A DNA stretch of 64,000 nucleotides. Source: Octopus sinensis. Its lineage: Eukaryota. Each line of letters starts with the position of its first letter. Positions within the stretch are counted from its first letter, which is position 1. Under the pieces are notes generated by a model. It made no database searches, was not told the origin of the DNA, and saw only the letters and a list, made by a program, of their open reading frames with translations. The stretch lies in NCBI RefSeq assembly GCF_006345805.1, contig NC_043007.1, positions 76,446,001-76,510,000 on the forward strand, written 5' to 3'. The position numbers and the translations under genes were made by a program. Positions 1 to 13,500 of the stretch are shown here, piece by piece.

Positions 1-63
1 AAAGTCGACCTCGGCGGAACATGAAGGCAGAACGTAGTGACTGACGGGCGAAATGCCGCTAAG
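1..63 (-). mobile_element. Fragment of SINE family S3
   Basis: aaagtcgacctcggcggaa...gaaatgccgctaag matches the minus-strand copy at 30270-30330. Confidence 0.7.
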
Positions 64-1310
64 TGACAGGATCCCAAGGTACTTTTACCCATCATCATCC
101 GGGTGTTCCATTTTCTCTCCGTTTGGCAAATCTATGCCCTTACGATCTGTTCTTTCCTCCGTTTCAAAGTGAGCGCCGCACACCGAATTCCACTCCTATA
201 TCTTTACTGCACATCTGTACAGTCTCAATCATCCTCTCCATTTCAGGCTTTGTTTTTGTGAACAGTTTTACATCATGCATGAAGAAAAGTATGTTGAGAC
301 GTGGTCCATTTTTTTCTCAGCTCATAATGTGCGTTGACTTTGCGTAGGAGTACAGAAAATAGGATCAAGGCTATAACAAATAATAAAGGTGTACAAGAAT
401 CTCCCTGGAAGATACCTCTTTTGATTGCTAGCTGAGTTAATTGCTGGTGTTTTCCAAATAGGTATGCTGTTCTTAACCAGTGATACACGTTCTCAGTCAT
501 TCCACATTTGTCGAGTGTTTCCAACATCCCCGAATGCGGCAATATGTCGTAAGCCTTTTTAAAGTCTGTCCAGGCCATGCACAAGTTTTTTGGTACCGTT
601 GCAGTTCATCATTACAAACTTATCTAACACAAGGTGGCCCTTGGTGCTTTGGATACTTTTCAACATCCCTTTTGTTTTACTGGAAGTAAATTGTTTTCCG
701 CCATGAATGTATATATTTTCCCTACGAGGATGCCAGTTAACACTTTCCATAAGAGGTTAAGACAAGCAATGGGTTGGTAATTGCCAACCTCATTGCCCTT
801 AGACACTGATCTTTCATCAACAATGTTGTCTTTCCCTCTACAATCCACTCCGGAACTGCAACACTGTAGGCAATCTTCTTATTGCAACGCAATTCGCTTG
901 TGTGTTGACCTAAACCACTTGAGCCAGTAGCCTTGAATTCCGTCTGATCCTGTCGCTTTCTAGTTTGGCAGTTTTGATACTTGTGCAATTAGATCAACCG
1001 TTGATATGCGCACATGGCCCTGTCGTGGAACCTCCAGTTGCTGACGTTTGGATCTCACGGAATTAATTCACTCAGCACCGTGGTTGTGGGAAATATCTTG
1101 CCCCCAAACGTTATTCCCAAAGTGCGGGTTTCTTCTGCTTTAGGATGTATATTATCTTCTGTATCCCCTCCTAACCTCTTAAAATCTGCCTCTAGTTATT
1201 TGAGAACTGGTTATTTGCTGGAACAGCAATATGCGATAAGTGTAGCATTGCACCTTTAATGTTTTTGCCCGCACACGTTGTTTTAGGGTTTCAATAATAG
1301 TTTTGAACCC
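63..1310 (-). mobile_element. Decayed R4/Dong-type non-LTR retrotransposon, reverse transcriptase region
   Basis: Frameshifted ORFs give PEWIVEGKTTLLMKD, NYQPIACLNLLWKVLTG, LLPVKQKGC, MAWTDFKKAYDILPHS and RGIFQGDSCTPLLF, all homologous to the element at 10550-14345. Confidence 0.85.
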
Positions 1311-1406
1311 TTTCTTTTCTATTTGGTGATATTATTATTATTATCATTCTTAATATAAACCCTTGCGATTAATAAAGAAATCGTTGTTACTATTATCATT
1401 ATTATT

Positions 1407-1872
1407 GTGTGAGAGAGCAGTACATGCCATCAAAGTGACACTGGGGTAAAATATACGAAGCCCAGTATACCCATCATGACTACCCGTCTGATAAGGGTAC
1501 ACTAGGCACATGCATCACAACCATATGTGCGCGACATGGTGATCTCATATCAAGATAAATAGCACATGACCTTGCAGGTGGGGGCCCAGTTAGAATTTTG
1601 TTCTGGTCAAGTAGCCATCCCGCTCAAAAGGTCCCTGAATAAGGGTTGTTTAAGGATGTTGAACGAAACACCCCTGTTTCCGAAGGTGAATTATTCAAAC
1701 CCCAAATAATCCCTCTCAACACATGGCTATGATGCTCCCCCACTACTTCTGCTCGTGATCAGAGATGCACATATCGTCAGCCACTAAGGGACATGCTCAA
1801 CTGGTTAAGGTCAAACAACAGACAAGCAAATCTGTGGTATTGAGCAGAATATTTGCTGTAGCCCATCTGTTT
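1407..1872 (-). mobile_element. Non-coding interspersed repeat S4 with a (TAA)n tail
   Basis: Reverse complement of 53050-53503. Flanked by ATT repeats. Confidence 0.85.
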
Positions 1873-1879
1873 ATTGTTA

Positions 1880-1915
<36 letters not shown>

Positions 1916-1919
1916 TTAT

Positions 1920-2004
<85 letters not shown>

Positions 2005-2021
2005 TAAGGCTATTATTATTA

Positions 2022-2053
<32 letters not shown>

Positions 2054-2090
2054 TATTGTCATTATTATTATTATTATCATTATTAATATT
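1873..2090. repeat. (ATT)n/(AGT)n microsatellite
   Basis: Seen directly. Confidence 0.95.
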
Positions 2091-2199
2091 GATATTTAGC
2101 AGAAGCAACAGTGATTCAAAGTCGGAGAGTTTCGTGCGTTAGCTCTGCAAGATACTATTAGAAATAATACATATACTCAGAATTTTCCTGTGCATAACC

Positions 2200-2351
2200 T
2201 AACTATATATACATACAATATATATATACATATATACATATATACATATATATATATTATATTATATATATATATACAATATATTATATATTATAAATAT
2301 ATTATATATATATATATACATATATATATTATATATTATAATATATCATAT

Positions 2352-2412
<61 letters not shown>

Positions 2413-2416
2413 ATAC

Positions 2417-2478
<62 letters not shown>

Positions 2479-2608
2479 ATAAATATAATATATATACATA
2501 CATATATATATATATATACATATATGTAAACATATATATATATACATATACATACTACACACACACACCACACACATATATATATATATATATATAATAT
2601 ATATATTA

Positions 2609-2690
<82 letters not shown>
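2200..2690. repeat. Compound (TA)n/(TG)n microsatellite
   Basis: Seen directly. Confidence 0.95.
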
Positions 2691-2693
<3 letters not shown>

Positions 2694-2954
2694 GGAAATT
2701 CCTAGCGAACGAACGACCATTTAGATGTAACTCGTTGTCACATGTGATCTATTGTATTCAATTTTTAGTGTTGCTCGTTGTTAGGGAAATTGGCACTTCA
2801 ACGGGTTGGAAAAGAACGGATGGTGCTTTGATATGTTTGTACTAAGAGTAAATTTGTAGTGGAAGATAACTGCTGTGTTGTAGCATTATTAACCGGAAAG
2901 TTAGAATTTTAATACGGAAAATGAAAGTTTAGCTTTAGCTTACGAATGGGCACT

Positions 2955-2959
2955 CTCTT

Positions 2960-2997
<38 letters not shown>

Positions 2998-3167
2998 CCC
3001 TCTTTCCCTCTGTCTCCCTCTTTTTCTCCCCCTCTCTCTTTCCTCTCTTTCTTACTTACACCTTCATATACACACACACACACACACAAACGCACTCATT
3101 CACACAAGCACAGTCACGCACATGTGAACAACGTGCACCATAGCATATGCGTATAGATGGATGAATG

Positions 3168-3232
<65 letters not shown>

Positions 3233-3300
3233 GTAGGTAGGTAGATAGATAGATAGACAGACAGTCAGTCAGACAGACAGACAGACAGACAGACAGATAG
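2955..3300. repeat. (CT)n, (CA)n, (GATA)n and (GACA)n microsatellites
   Basis: Seen directly. Confidence 0.95.
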
Positions 3301-3485
3301 TAAGAGGGAGTTTGCAGTGTGTATGAGAGAAAGAGAGAGATTGTCTATTGCTATTTTACCTATCGTGTTTGAATAAGCCATGAAAGTGAAGCTTCAATCG
3401 ACAACAAAGGCAAAGACTTTGTTATAGAAGACAACATAGGTGTTCCTAGCTAATTTCGGTATGCTGATTTAAAATATTTCCCTTT

Positions 3486-3868
3486 ATTCTTTAATTTGTT
3501 TCATTCATTTGACTGCAGCCATACTGGAGCACCGCCTTTAGTCGAACAAATCGCCCCCAGGACTTATTCTTTGTAAGCCTAGTATTTATTCTATAAGTCT
3601 CTTTTGCCGAACGGCTAAGGTATGGGGACGTAAACACATCAACATCGGTTGCCAACCGATGGTAGGGTGACAAATACAGACACATAAATACATATGTGTA
3701 TGTGTGTGTGTTGTATTTACGACGGGCTTATTTCAGTTTACGTCCACCAAATCCACTCACAAGGCTTTGGTCGGGTCGAGGCTATAGTAGAAGACGCTTG
3801 CCAAGGTGCCATGCAGTGGGACTGGACCCGGAACCATGTGGTTGGGAAGCAAGCTTCTTACCACACAA
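3486..3868 (-). mobile_element. tRNA-derived SINE family S1
   Basis: Reverse complement of 7077-7480. Confidence 0.9.
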
Positions 3869-3879
3869 CTATGTCTAGA

Positions 3880-4560
3880 TTTTGTGTAAAATGCCAATCA
3901 CTTCGTAAAATTTCCTACCACGTCCAGATTTTGATATCAATCGGCTTAGTGCAGGTAATATGAAATTTGCTTTTCAAGGATAAAGTAAATTTTGTTTGCC
4001 AATTATATACAAATTCTAAAGATTTTGATCAATAAAATTTATCCTGAGTATAGTAACGGCTCGACAGTCAGTTGCCCTGTGACAGTCAAGTAGAACAGTT
4101 ATTAAAGCTCTCTTCTGGTAAGCAAGTAACAGACTATGGTAACTTGTGTATTTTTATAGCAAATACCAACTTGTTTGTTTTGTACCACGGCGTGTATTTC
4201 TTTTTCATTTTGTACATCCTAGTTATTACTTTCTACATTTTTTTTGTTTATTTTTCTTTCTTTTTTCAGGTATAGTATGGTAATTAAAATGCAATCAAAA
4301 AGACGTGTTTGTGTAACTCACCCACACAACTTCTGCTATATTTGTGGACAATATATACCTGAACCACGACGTAGAAACAACGAGAAAGATTAAACTTGCC
4401 TACAAGTTAGGAGAGCCTGAGAGGGATTGGGCGTCACGTGTTTGCTGTGCACGGTGCAATGCAATGTTAAAAGCTTGGATGAATGATAAAAGAAAAGCTA
4501 TGCCGTTCTCAGCACCCCATGATCTTTGTCTATCTCCTTACCTTCTTGGAGGTTTTAGGT
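3880..4560 (+). mobile_element. 5' fragment of a Chapaev3-like (CMC) DNA transposon
   Basis: ATG at 4289 gives MQSKRRVCVTHPHNFCYICGQY, then (frameshift) KLAYKLGEPERDWASRVCCARCNAMLKAWMNDKRKAMPFSAP. This matches the CxxC...WAPHxxCxxC...MPFAVP N-terminal zinc finger I recall for Chapaev3-type transposases. Confidence 0.6.
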
Positions 4561-4786
4561 AATATTATACTAATGTACCCATCTGTTTAAATTTAATTTA
4601 AATCTATGTTTTTATACAGCTATAGATTGATTTGCATTTAAATTGCTGTAAGGATTGCATTGTTCAATTAAATGGAGTCGCTTGAAACGATCGTACTGCA
4701 TCACCTCTGGATATCCTGTTGATTTTGATTACATGTATGTATATGTTTGTATATAAATATATAATATATATATATATGGGGGGGTG

Positions 4787-5085
4787 GAGGCGCAATAGGC
4801 CAGTGGTTAAGGCAGCGGACTCCGGGTCGTAGGATCGCGTTTTCGATTCCCAGTGTTTATTGTGAGTGTTTATTGAGCGAAAACACCTAAAGCTCCACGA
4901 GGCTCCGGCAGGGGGTGGTGGCGATACCTGCTGTACTCTTCGCTACAACTTTCACTCTTTCTTCTGTTGGCCTGCTCCCTTAGCCAGCGGGGTGGCGTCA
5001 TTTGAAGGCTAAAACAATGCGAAGCGCATTGTGACCAGCGATGTGTAGCAACATCTGATAGCCTGGTCGGTCACGTGATCACGTG
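4787..5085 (+). mobile_element. tRNA-derived SINE family S2
   Basis: Head has A-box-like ggccagtgg and B-box-like tttcgattcc. Homologous to 36366-36700 (minus). Confidence 0.85.
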
Positions 5086-5093
5086 ATATATAC

Positions 5094-5128
<35 letters not shown>

Positions 5129-5136
5129 TGTGTGTG

Positions 5137-5800
5137 TTTGTGTGTGGAACATGCCCCCACCTTTTGGAGGGTTCAGAATTCCACTTTAAACTAGGTGAAA
5201 TATTTAAGATCAAATCAAATTTCACCTGTGCCTCGGAAAATCTAATCTATGCCATGACATGCTTAGGATGTGGTAACAACTATATTGGCCCAACAGGAAT
5301 ATCACTCCGTCGAAGAACCACTATCCACAAAGAGCAAATCCACCACCCACAATACGGTGGGTGGTGGATTTGTTACAGTTACAGGTTAGTGAAGACATAG
5401 AAAGGTGTGCTAGGAATCTTAATCCTAATTTCCAAATTTTTCCCTTCTATCAATGTTCACAGAACAGCGCAATGCAACAAAGAATGAATAAAGAGGCAAC
5501 TTTCATAAATAAATATCTTCCCCAACTAAATATGAACACATAACATAGTACAGAACACTACTAACCTTTCAATTAATACCACTAACCCCCATACAACCCT
5601 TACACCATTCACATTACAATTCTATATCTAACCTAATTGCATCAAATCCAGAACTACTTACCTCCCTTACAAATAATCTTTTTTCTCAGGAATTATTAGA
5701 CCTGACACCGTTCATTAATCGGTGTGCATTCAAAGCAATGAATAGTTGTATTCAAAGCAACGATTAGTAACTTACGAAACGGGTATGCTTGAATCTCTTT
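5137..5800 (+). mobile_element. Penelope-like element: GIY-YIG endonuclease remnant plus 3' region
   Basis: TCPHLLEGSEF...NFTCASENLIYAMTCLGCGNNYIGPTGISLRRRTTIH and KEATFINKYLPQLN. A decayed hammerhead-like motif lies at 5750-5794. Confidence 0.85.
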
Positions 5801-5935
5801 AATAATTTCACAATAATGACTTTTATTACTTTTATTCCTACCTTTTTTTATTTATAATGTGCATTTCCGTTTATTTTTTACTTTCCTCTTACATTACCAC
5901 GTGTATTTTCTTTTTGTAACATATTTCTATTTTAA

Positions 5936-5964
<29 letters not shown>

Positions 5965-5967
<3 letters not shown>

Positions 5968-6165
5968 TTAAAAACGGAAAAAAGGACAAGAGAAAGCAAT
6001 AACGCGAAGACGTGGTACATGCAAAGTGTTAATAAGACGCTCAGAGAAGAAAAGAAAGGTTGTATTATGTTTCGAGCAAAGCTCTTCTTTGGAAACAGGA
6101 GACATAGGAAAGTCCATAAGAAAAGGAAGAAAGAGGGGGAAAGAAATCGCTAACAGTCCACTTGT
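5965..6165 (-). repeat. Short Penelope-terminus-like repeat with a decayed hammerhead motif
   Basis: Homologous to 22250-22435 (+) and 32905-33085 (-). Confidence 0.6.
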
Positions 6166-6490
6166 ATTTATGGATGGCTAGATGGATGTGTATAACGTAA
6201 AGGAATAGCGATTTGACACCTTGCACTTGAACTCACAGTTCGCTTCACTCACCTACATGGGTAAAACCGCATGGGAAGAATCCTGGATCAACGTTGCATA
6301 AGAATTGGATGAATATGTACTACAAGTGAATACACTAAATGCACGTAAATACCACATCGAAGAATATTAGGACAGAACGCGCATTGGATTGGGATTTAAT
6401 GAAAACAATACTGTAATAGATAAATTTTGAAGATGTATAAATCACCATTGTTCTTTATGATCTCTTAAAACAAATGCATAAACGTGTGTA

Positions 6491-6535
<45 letters not shown>

Positions 6536-7076
6536 TATGACACTGAGACTGAGAACTACACTACATAAAGAACAGGTCTGGTTCCTGTAATACAGAGAGA
6601 TTCCTTTGAGTTAACACATAGAGAGATGTGCAGGTAATAGCCAACCAAACGTCACAGTTTTACCCATCTATAAGTGTAAAGAAAGAATTTCTGTACAAGA
6701 CCGTTTAAACAAATAAAAAATTTTTATCGAAAAATACAGAACACGTCTAAATATGAACGCATAACCAGTTTCGGTCTCAGTAGATATTTTAATTCATGAT
6801 TACATACCCATCACTGTACATATTTCATCTCACTACTTTAGCTTTTGAGTTTTCATATATACATTTATCCCCTCCCGAAAAGATGAGCAATTACCTCCCT
6901 TGTCCCCAATTACCTTCCCTTAGATTTTTCTACTTGTTGAATCGTTCATTCACAAACTCCTCCACACACAACATGAACCAAAATCTTCTTTAGAAAATAC
7001 AAAATTACAATAATTTCAATGACATTATTAACGAAAGCGAAACTGGTCGAGAAACACAAGTACTCTCACATACATA

Positions 7077-7480
7077 GGCGCAGGAGTGGCTGTGTGGTTA
7101 GTAGTTTGCTTACCAACAACATGGTTCCGAGCTCAGTCCCTCTGCGTGACACCTTGGGCAAGTGTCTTCTGCTATAAACTCGGGCCGACCAAAGCCTTGT
7201 GAGTGGATTTGGTAGACAGAAACTGAAAGAAGCTCGTCGTATATATGTATATATATGTGTATGTTTGTGTGTCTGTGTTTGTCCCCCAACATCGCATGAC
7301 AACTGATGGTGGTGTGTTTACGTCCCCGTAACTTAGCGGTTCGGCAAAATAGACCGATAGAATAAGTACTAGGCTTACAAAGAATAAGTCCTGGGGGTCG
7401 ATTTTCTCGACTAAAGGCGGTGCTCCAGCATGGCCGCAGTCAAATGACTGAAACAAGTAAAAGAGTAAAGAGTAAAAGAG
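7077..7480 (+). mobile_element. tRNA-derived SINE family S1, full length
   Basis: A-box-like tggctgtgtgg, B-box-like gctcagtccc, central ccttgggcaagtgtcttc block and (aaagagt)n tail. At least five copies in the window. Confidence 0.9.
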
Positions 7481-7685
7481 TATATATACAGTCTTACACA
7501 CGTACACACTTATATCCATGCACACACACATGCACAAATATATATATATATGTGTATATATATAACTAATGTAGGATAAAATTTTTTTCGGGAAAAAAAT
7601 TTTATCAATGGCCAGAATATCAAAAAATACCTTAAAATGTTAATTTATAAATAATTTACAAAATTAGGGCGAAATGTGTATAAAC

Positions 7686-7776
<91 letters not shown>

Positions 7777-10231
7777 ATCTGTGGTGTATCATGCTTAATG
7801 CAAAATCACACATGAATATTTGTGTGTGTATCTATATGTGTGAGTGTACGATTGTGTAATTATATACGTTTGTATGCATATGATCATTCATGTATTAACA
7901 AATCTCTCTGACACGCCGTTTCTCTCTTCCTTACGCTCTCTCTTTCACAGTCTTTTTTTTCCCTCTCTTACTCTTTCTCTATGTAAGAAAAGGAGTGTGT
8001 GCGAATGTGCGTATATGTGTGCATGTGCGCGCGCGCGCATGTATGTTTAAATTAGCTACTTAAGATAAGGTCTTGAATTTCCGAACCTACAATTGCGTCA
8101 TTTTCCATCCACTTCAGTTTAGAAAATTGTTGCTTGGTGGGATGGCAGAATTGATGAATTATTAGACAAATTTGCATGTCATATTTAGATACATCCTTTA
8201 TATTTTTCATTCAAGTTCTACTGGCTTTCCTTTCTTCTTTATGGGGTCGGTTAAATATATAAGATTTAACTGTTGAAACCTTGCTTAAAATCCCGTCAGG
8301 GTCTTATTCCCCTTCTATCCTTTCGCATGGGAACAAAACAGAACCTATCGAGTACTAGGGGGCCATATAACTGATTATGTCAATTATATGAGTCATTATG
8401 TCTGTTTTATAAATAAAGTATTCATTTACAAAATTTCACATCTTTTCATTCAGTTGTTATTTTGTAAACAAAATGTACGCAGAAGCCTTGAAGATCACTT
8501 TGCGATCCTATGTTTCTGACTTTGTTGCTCTTTGCAAAAACATGAAAGGTGTCTTGTCACCATTTCAAGTCGATCAAATCTTCGTGAGTAAAATTGAACA
8601 GACGGAAACGATTTAGCAGGTAGTCTGTCGAATGGATCGCCAGTCGAAAGAATCACACTCGTCTTTGGGTGGTAATGCATCCCTGAGTTAACAACACCGC
8701 CTCCAGCTTCTGGGTATCTTTAGCGGACTGGGTATATATATTACTTGAGACATATACCGTATTTGATGGCATAAAAGATGCACGGACATATGTTAGACGA
8801 ACCCTAATTTCTGTAGCACCTATTCATGGAAAATAGCTTTTAGCACATTAAAGCTTATCAGAGGCCCTTCTTCGCATACAAAACCGGAAGTGGGTTTTTT
8901 TTGTAAGACACTGGGTGCGGGACGTGTCATTATAGCCATCAAGTACGATATTACACATTGCACTCTCACTTTCTTTAGGTGACTGAATCTGATTTGACAG
9001 AAGTATACACGCCTAAATGGTTGAACAACTACAGATTACTACGCTATTGAGTATTACTCCTGTTTGATATTTTCTTTTTTGGCCACACTTGCTACCCACT
9101 CTGTCTTTATTTTCTTTCTTTCCTCTATGAATTTACCGTCTTTCATTTTCTTCGTTTTTGTTCCATCCTCTGTTTTCTTATCATCCCAAATTTATCATCC
9201 CAAATTCCCCATTTTACTAATCCTCCAGGATCGTCAGGTAGGCCTATTTACTCCTATCCTAATTACTAATTACGCATTTACAAAAACCCATTTGTGTGGG
9301 TAGAACATTCTATACACCATTAAAAAAGATTCTAACCGAAATGGACGAAGTGGCGCCAGGAGTGGAACATGGTAAACAAGCAAGAAGGCGGAGAAAACAG
9401 TTGGAGTTCTGTGACATATGCTAAAAACGTTAACACAGAAAAACTGATAATGAAACTGAAATCCGTTATAAGGGTTAAGTTGCCCAAGGAAATGTACGGT
9501 GATACTGTGAAAACGATTTTAATCGACAAAGAAAAATTGAAGGAAAAGTGTAATGTTGAACCAACAGGATTCCTGGTGGAATTCGATGAACTACCGCTAG
9601 TAGTGGACTTAAGGGAAATAGAGCCATACATAAGGTATTAAAAAAGAGATTAAATTGTTGTTTTAAAATAAGGGGGAAAAGGAAAAAAAGAGTAAACAAA
9701 ATGATAATAGTAAAAAAAAACACACCGAAAAAGAAAAAGATTATAAACTGAAAGTAAGAACGTTCAAATGGTACTACATGTGAGTGGGGCGCATGCAGCC
9801 ATTTCATCACCATCGATTTCATTATACATTTTTTCATTTTTCATTTGTTTTATGTTTTTTGTCCCCATTGTGGTGTTCTCTCTGTCCGTGTGCTGTCTCC
9901 TCTATGTCATGGCCTAGATGCCAAATAAAAAGAATAACAGTCAGTGAGGTACACTGTTAGGGCCAGTGCCGCAGAGACGACGAAACACGTCATCATAATG
10001 TGGGAAATAACAGTGGTGATGAGGATTCGTAGCTCGGAGGAGTGTTGAAATGGAAAACCTACGTCCAAAAACGATAAAAGAAAGTTTGAAGGATTCGAAT
10101 GCTAACACAGAATTGAACTACACACGGAAGAAGTAATATACACACAGTGAAAAATATATAAAAAAGGATACTGAAAAAAATCGCTAAGACAGAACTGAAC
10201 TACACACGGTGAAAAATAATTCTGTGTAGAA

Positions 10232-10360
10232 CAAATAATAATAATAACAACAACAACAACAACAACAACAACGACGACGACGACGACGACAACAACAACA
10301 ACAACAACAACAACAATAATAATAAGAAGAAGAAGAAGAAGAAGAAGAGAAGAAGAAGAC
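10232..10360. repeat. Compound (AAT)(AAC)(GAC)(AAG) trinucleotide microsatellite
   Basis: Seen directly. Confidence 0.95.
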
Positions 10361-10549
10361 ACCGGGGACGTTTAAGATGTAAGAAGGAAAATACAGAGCT
10401 CCGAAATCTATCCACAAACATCGAAAACAAGGACACCCTATGGAGCCAAAGATTTACTAACAAAGAATTGGACTATATCCGAGTAAGTAATACGAATTGA
10501 AATTTATTACTATTTTCGAAACGAAATGATGTATTTTGACTCGATATTA

Positions 10550-13500
10550 TCTCTCACCTCTAACACAACACTTGTAAACATGCGTGGAACAACACGATCA
10601 TCCCCGACCTCAAACACCATGTACAAAGGAACTACGAAGAAATAAATGCCACCGATACTATTCAACCCAAGAATAACAATCGAGCGGTACGTACATTAAA
10701 CCTACACACAAAATGTACGAAAAACTACACGTGCGAAATAATGTGACAACAGAAATAAACGGACCGGTACCCTACGAAAATGACGACCGTCAAAATAATG
10801 GGCCGACGTTGTACCTCATGTCCTGCAATTAAAACCAACCAAAAGACGTAAATGGACACGTGAGGAATCATTCTATCTTACAATCTTACACCATACTTCA
10901 CAGCAATGCTCTACCCACAAAATGAAAATACAACAACACATACATATAAAATATGGAAGGAAAATAATAGAGATATAGACTTGGATACAGCAATGAACCC
11001 TAATAAATTAGCTAACGTACGAAGATACATCTCAAAGCCAAAAAAATATCAGAGATAGAAATAGAACATTTAAAAGAAAAAAACACCAGGAAAATGTAGA
11101 TAGAAGCCACACAACAATGCCCAATAATAAAAACACTGAAACTGTAAACACGAAGACAAACGCAACATTCCCAACAAACACGATGTAAACAACGAAGGGG
11201 AGCCTAATGATTATGACAATATAAAAAATAAAATAATCAAAGAACTAAAAACCACAGAGCTCAAAATGGACCACCGACCCTACCTCCCAAGAATAAAAAT
11301 AAACGCAATAACAACACCAATTATAAACAACATAAACCTAGCCGTCACTGAACTAGCCACTGAAACAAAAAAAAGTGATATCACTGAACTAAATGACTTG
11401 ATATACGCAGCAGCAGCACCCACTGCAGCCACAAAAGAAGCTGGATACTCACCAAACCCGCCCAAAAAGGAATACCACCACCCAAACAAACCTTGTGGAT
11501 AAATAACATCCAAACAAAATAAAAGAAATTAGAAAAGACTGTCGATTCTTAATGAAATCAGTAAACAAGCAACGCTACTGAGCAACAAAAAGAGAACAAA
11601 AAGCTCCGCAAATATAACATCACAGAAAAAGATTTGCCGGAGATAAAAGAAAAGCTGAAGCAAGATATCCTTGCCAAAGCTCAAAGGATCCGCCGGTACG
11701 AGAAACGAAACGCCAACGCTTCTTTGAACAGAACAAAAAGTTCAACTCCGACCCCAAAAAGTTCTACCAAGAACTGGGCAAAAATAAAATAGAAGTCACT
11801 GCAGCACCAACGGCAGAAGAATTGGAAGAATTCTGGAAAGAAATATGGTCGGCGAACGAACAGCCAAAAAAAAAGGAGTATGAAAATAACAAACTCGGCA
11901 TCTGAACAACTTTGGACCCCCATAACAACTGAAGAGGTCACCCAGGCACTGCAAAAACTAAGCAACTGGAAGGCACCTGAGCATGACAAGATCCCCAACT
12001 TCTGGTTGAAATATCTAACAGGAATGCACAAAAAGCTGGCTGAAAACTTTAACAAAGTACTAGCAGAGCCAGAGACAATGCCTGAATGGCTCACGAAGGG
12101 GAAAACCATCTTAATTCCAAATCAAATGAAACAACAAAACCAGAAAACTACAGACCAATAACCTGCCTCCTACTATGTTCAAGGCATTTACTGCAGTGAT
12201 ATCGCAAAGGCTGAACAAGCACCTGGACGAAAACAAACTGTTCCCAGAAGAGCAGAAAGGATGCCGCAAGGACTCATATGGCTGTAAAGATCAACTAATG
12301 ATTAATAAAGCCGTAACTGAAGACAGCCACAAAGAAGAAGAAAGGCCTCAGTATGGCCTGGATTGACTACAAAAAGGCGTTTGATAGCATCCCCCACACA
12401 TGGATCCTCGAAACCTAGCCATTAACAAATAGCACCAACAATCATAAAATTCATAGAGCACTCTATGAATAAATGGCAAACAGTCCTACACACTCCAAAC
12501 AAAAGAGGGACTCATGAAAACCAAAGACATCCCCATTAGAAGAGGAATATTCCAGGGAGACACGCTCTCTCCACTCCTTTTCTGCTTGGCACTGTCACCT
12601 CTATCTGATATGCTAAATAGAACTGGATGCGGATATAAATGTTACGGCAAAACGATCAGCCACCTTTTATATATGGATGACCTAAAACTATACGCTGCAA
12701 ATGACAAACAGCTGGAAACACTATTAAAGACAGTTCATGATGGATTACCAAAGAAATAGATATGAAATTTGGATTAGAAAAATGCGCCAAAGTAACCATG
12801 AAAAGAGGAAAACTAGTTAAGAGTAACAACATCACACACTAGATAAAACCAATGAAATAAAAGAATTAGACCAAAGCCAAACTTACAAATACTTAGGAAT
12901 CCATGAACTAGATAAGACAAAACACACAAATGAAAGAGAAAATAAAAAAAGAATATTATAGACGAGTTAGATCAATACTAAAAACAGAGCTCAATCTAAA
13001 AACAAGATAATAGGTATCAAACACTTTAGCTGTCCCAGTTATAAGTTACAGCTACAATATCCTTAACTGGACACGAAATGAACTGTCCAAATAGATAGGA
13101 AAACAAGAAAAATACTGACAGGATCTAGGATGCATCACCCAAAATCTGACATAGAAAGACTATTATACAACGTATAGAAGGTGGTAGAGGCCTTATACAG
13201 CTGGAAAACTACTATAAAATAACCACCATAGGACTGCAAAAATACCTACTTCAGAAGGAAGGAAAACTGATCCAGATAGCAGCAAACACGAGCAAAACAA
13301 AAAACTGTTCTCAGTATTTAAGGAAGCTGACAAATACAAACAAGAAATCATACCACCTAATAAACACAAAGAAGAAGAAGAAGATGATGAAGAAACAACA
13401 AAAGCTATAAAACAAATGAAATCCAAACTAAAAATAGAAAGCAACGAGCCATGATAAAACGATGGCAAGAAAAGCCCCTTCATGGTAAATACTGCACTAA

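Noticed and set aside
1765-2007. Poly-Ile/poly-Ser ORF
   Set aside because: S4 repeat plus ATT/AGT microsatellite.
2190-2720. ORFs rich in YI/IY/CV/TH repeats (also many others across the window)
   Set aside because: They are translations of (TA)n, (TG)n, (TACA)n and (TAGA)n microsatellites, not proteins.
4787-4860. tRNA-like sequence (also at 7077, 26260 and 36630)
   Set aside because: SINE heads followed by SINE bodies, without a complete cloverleaf.
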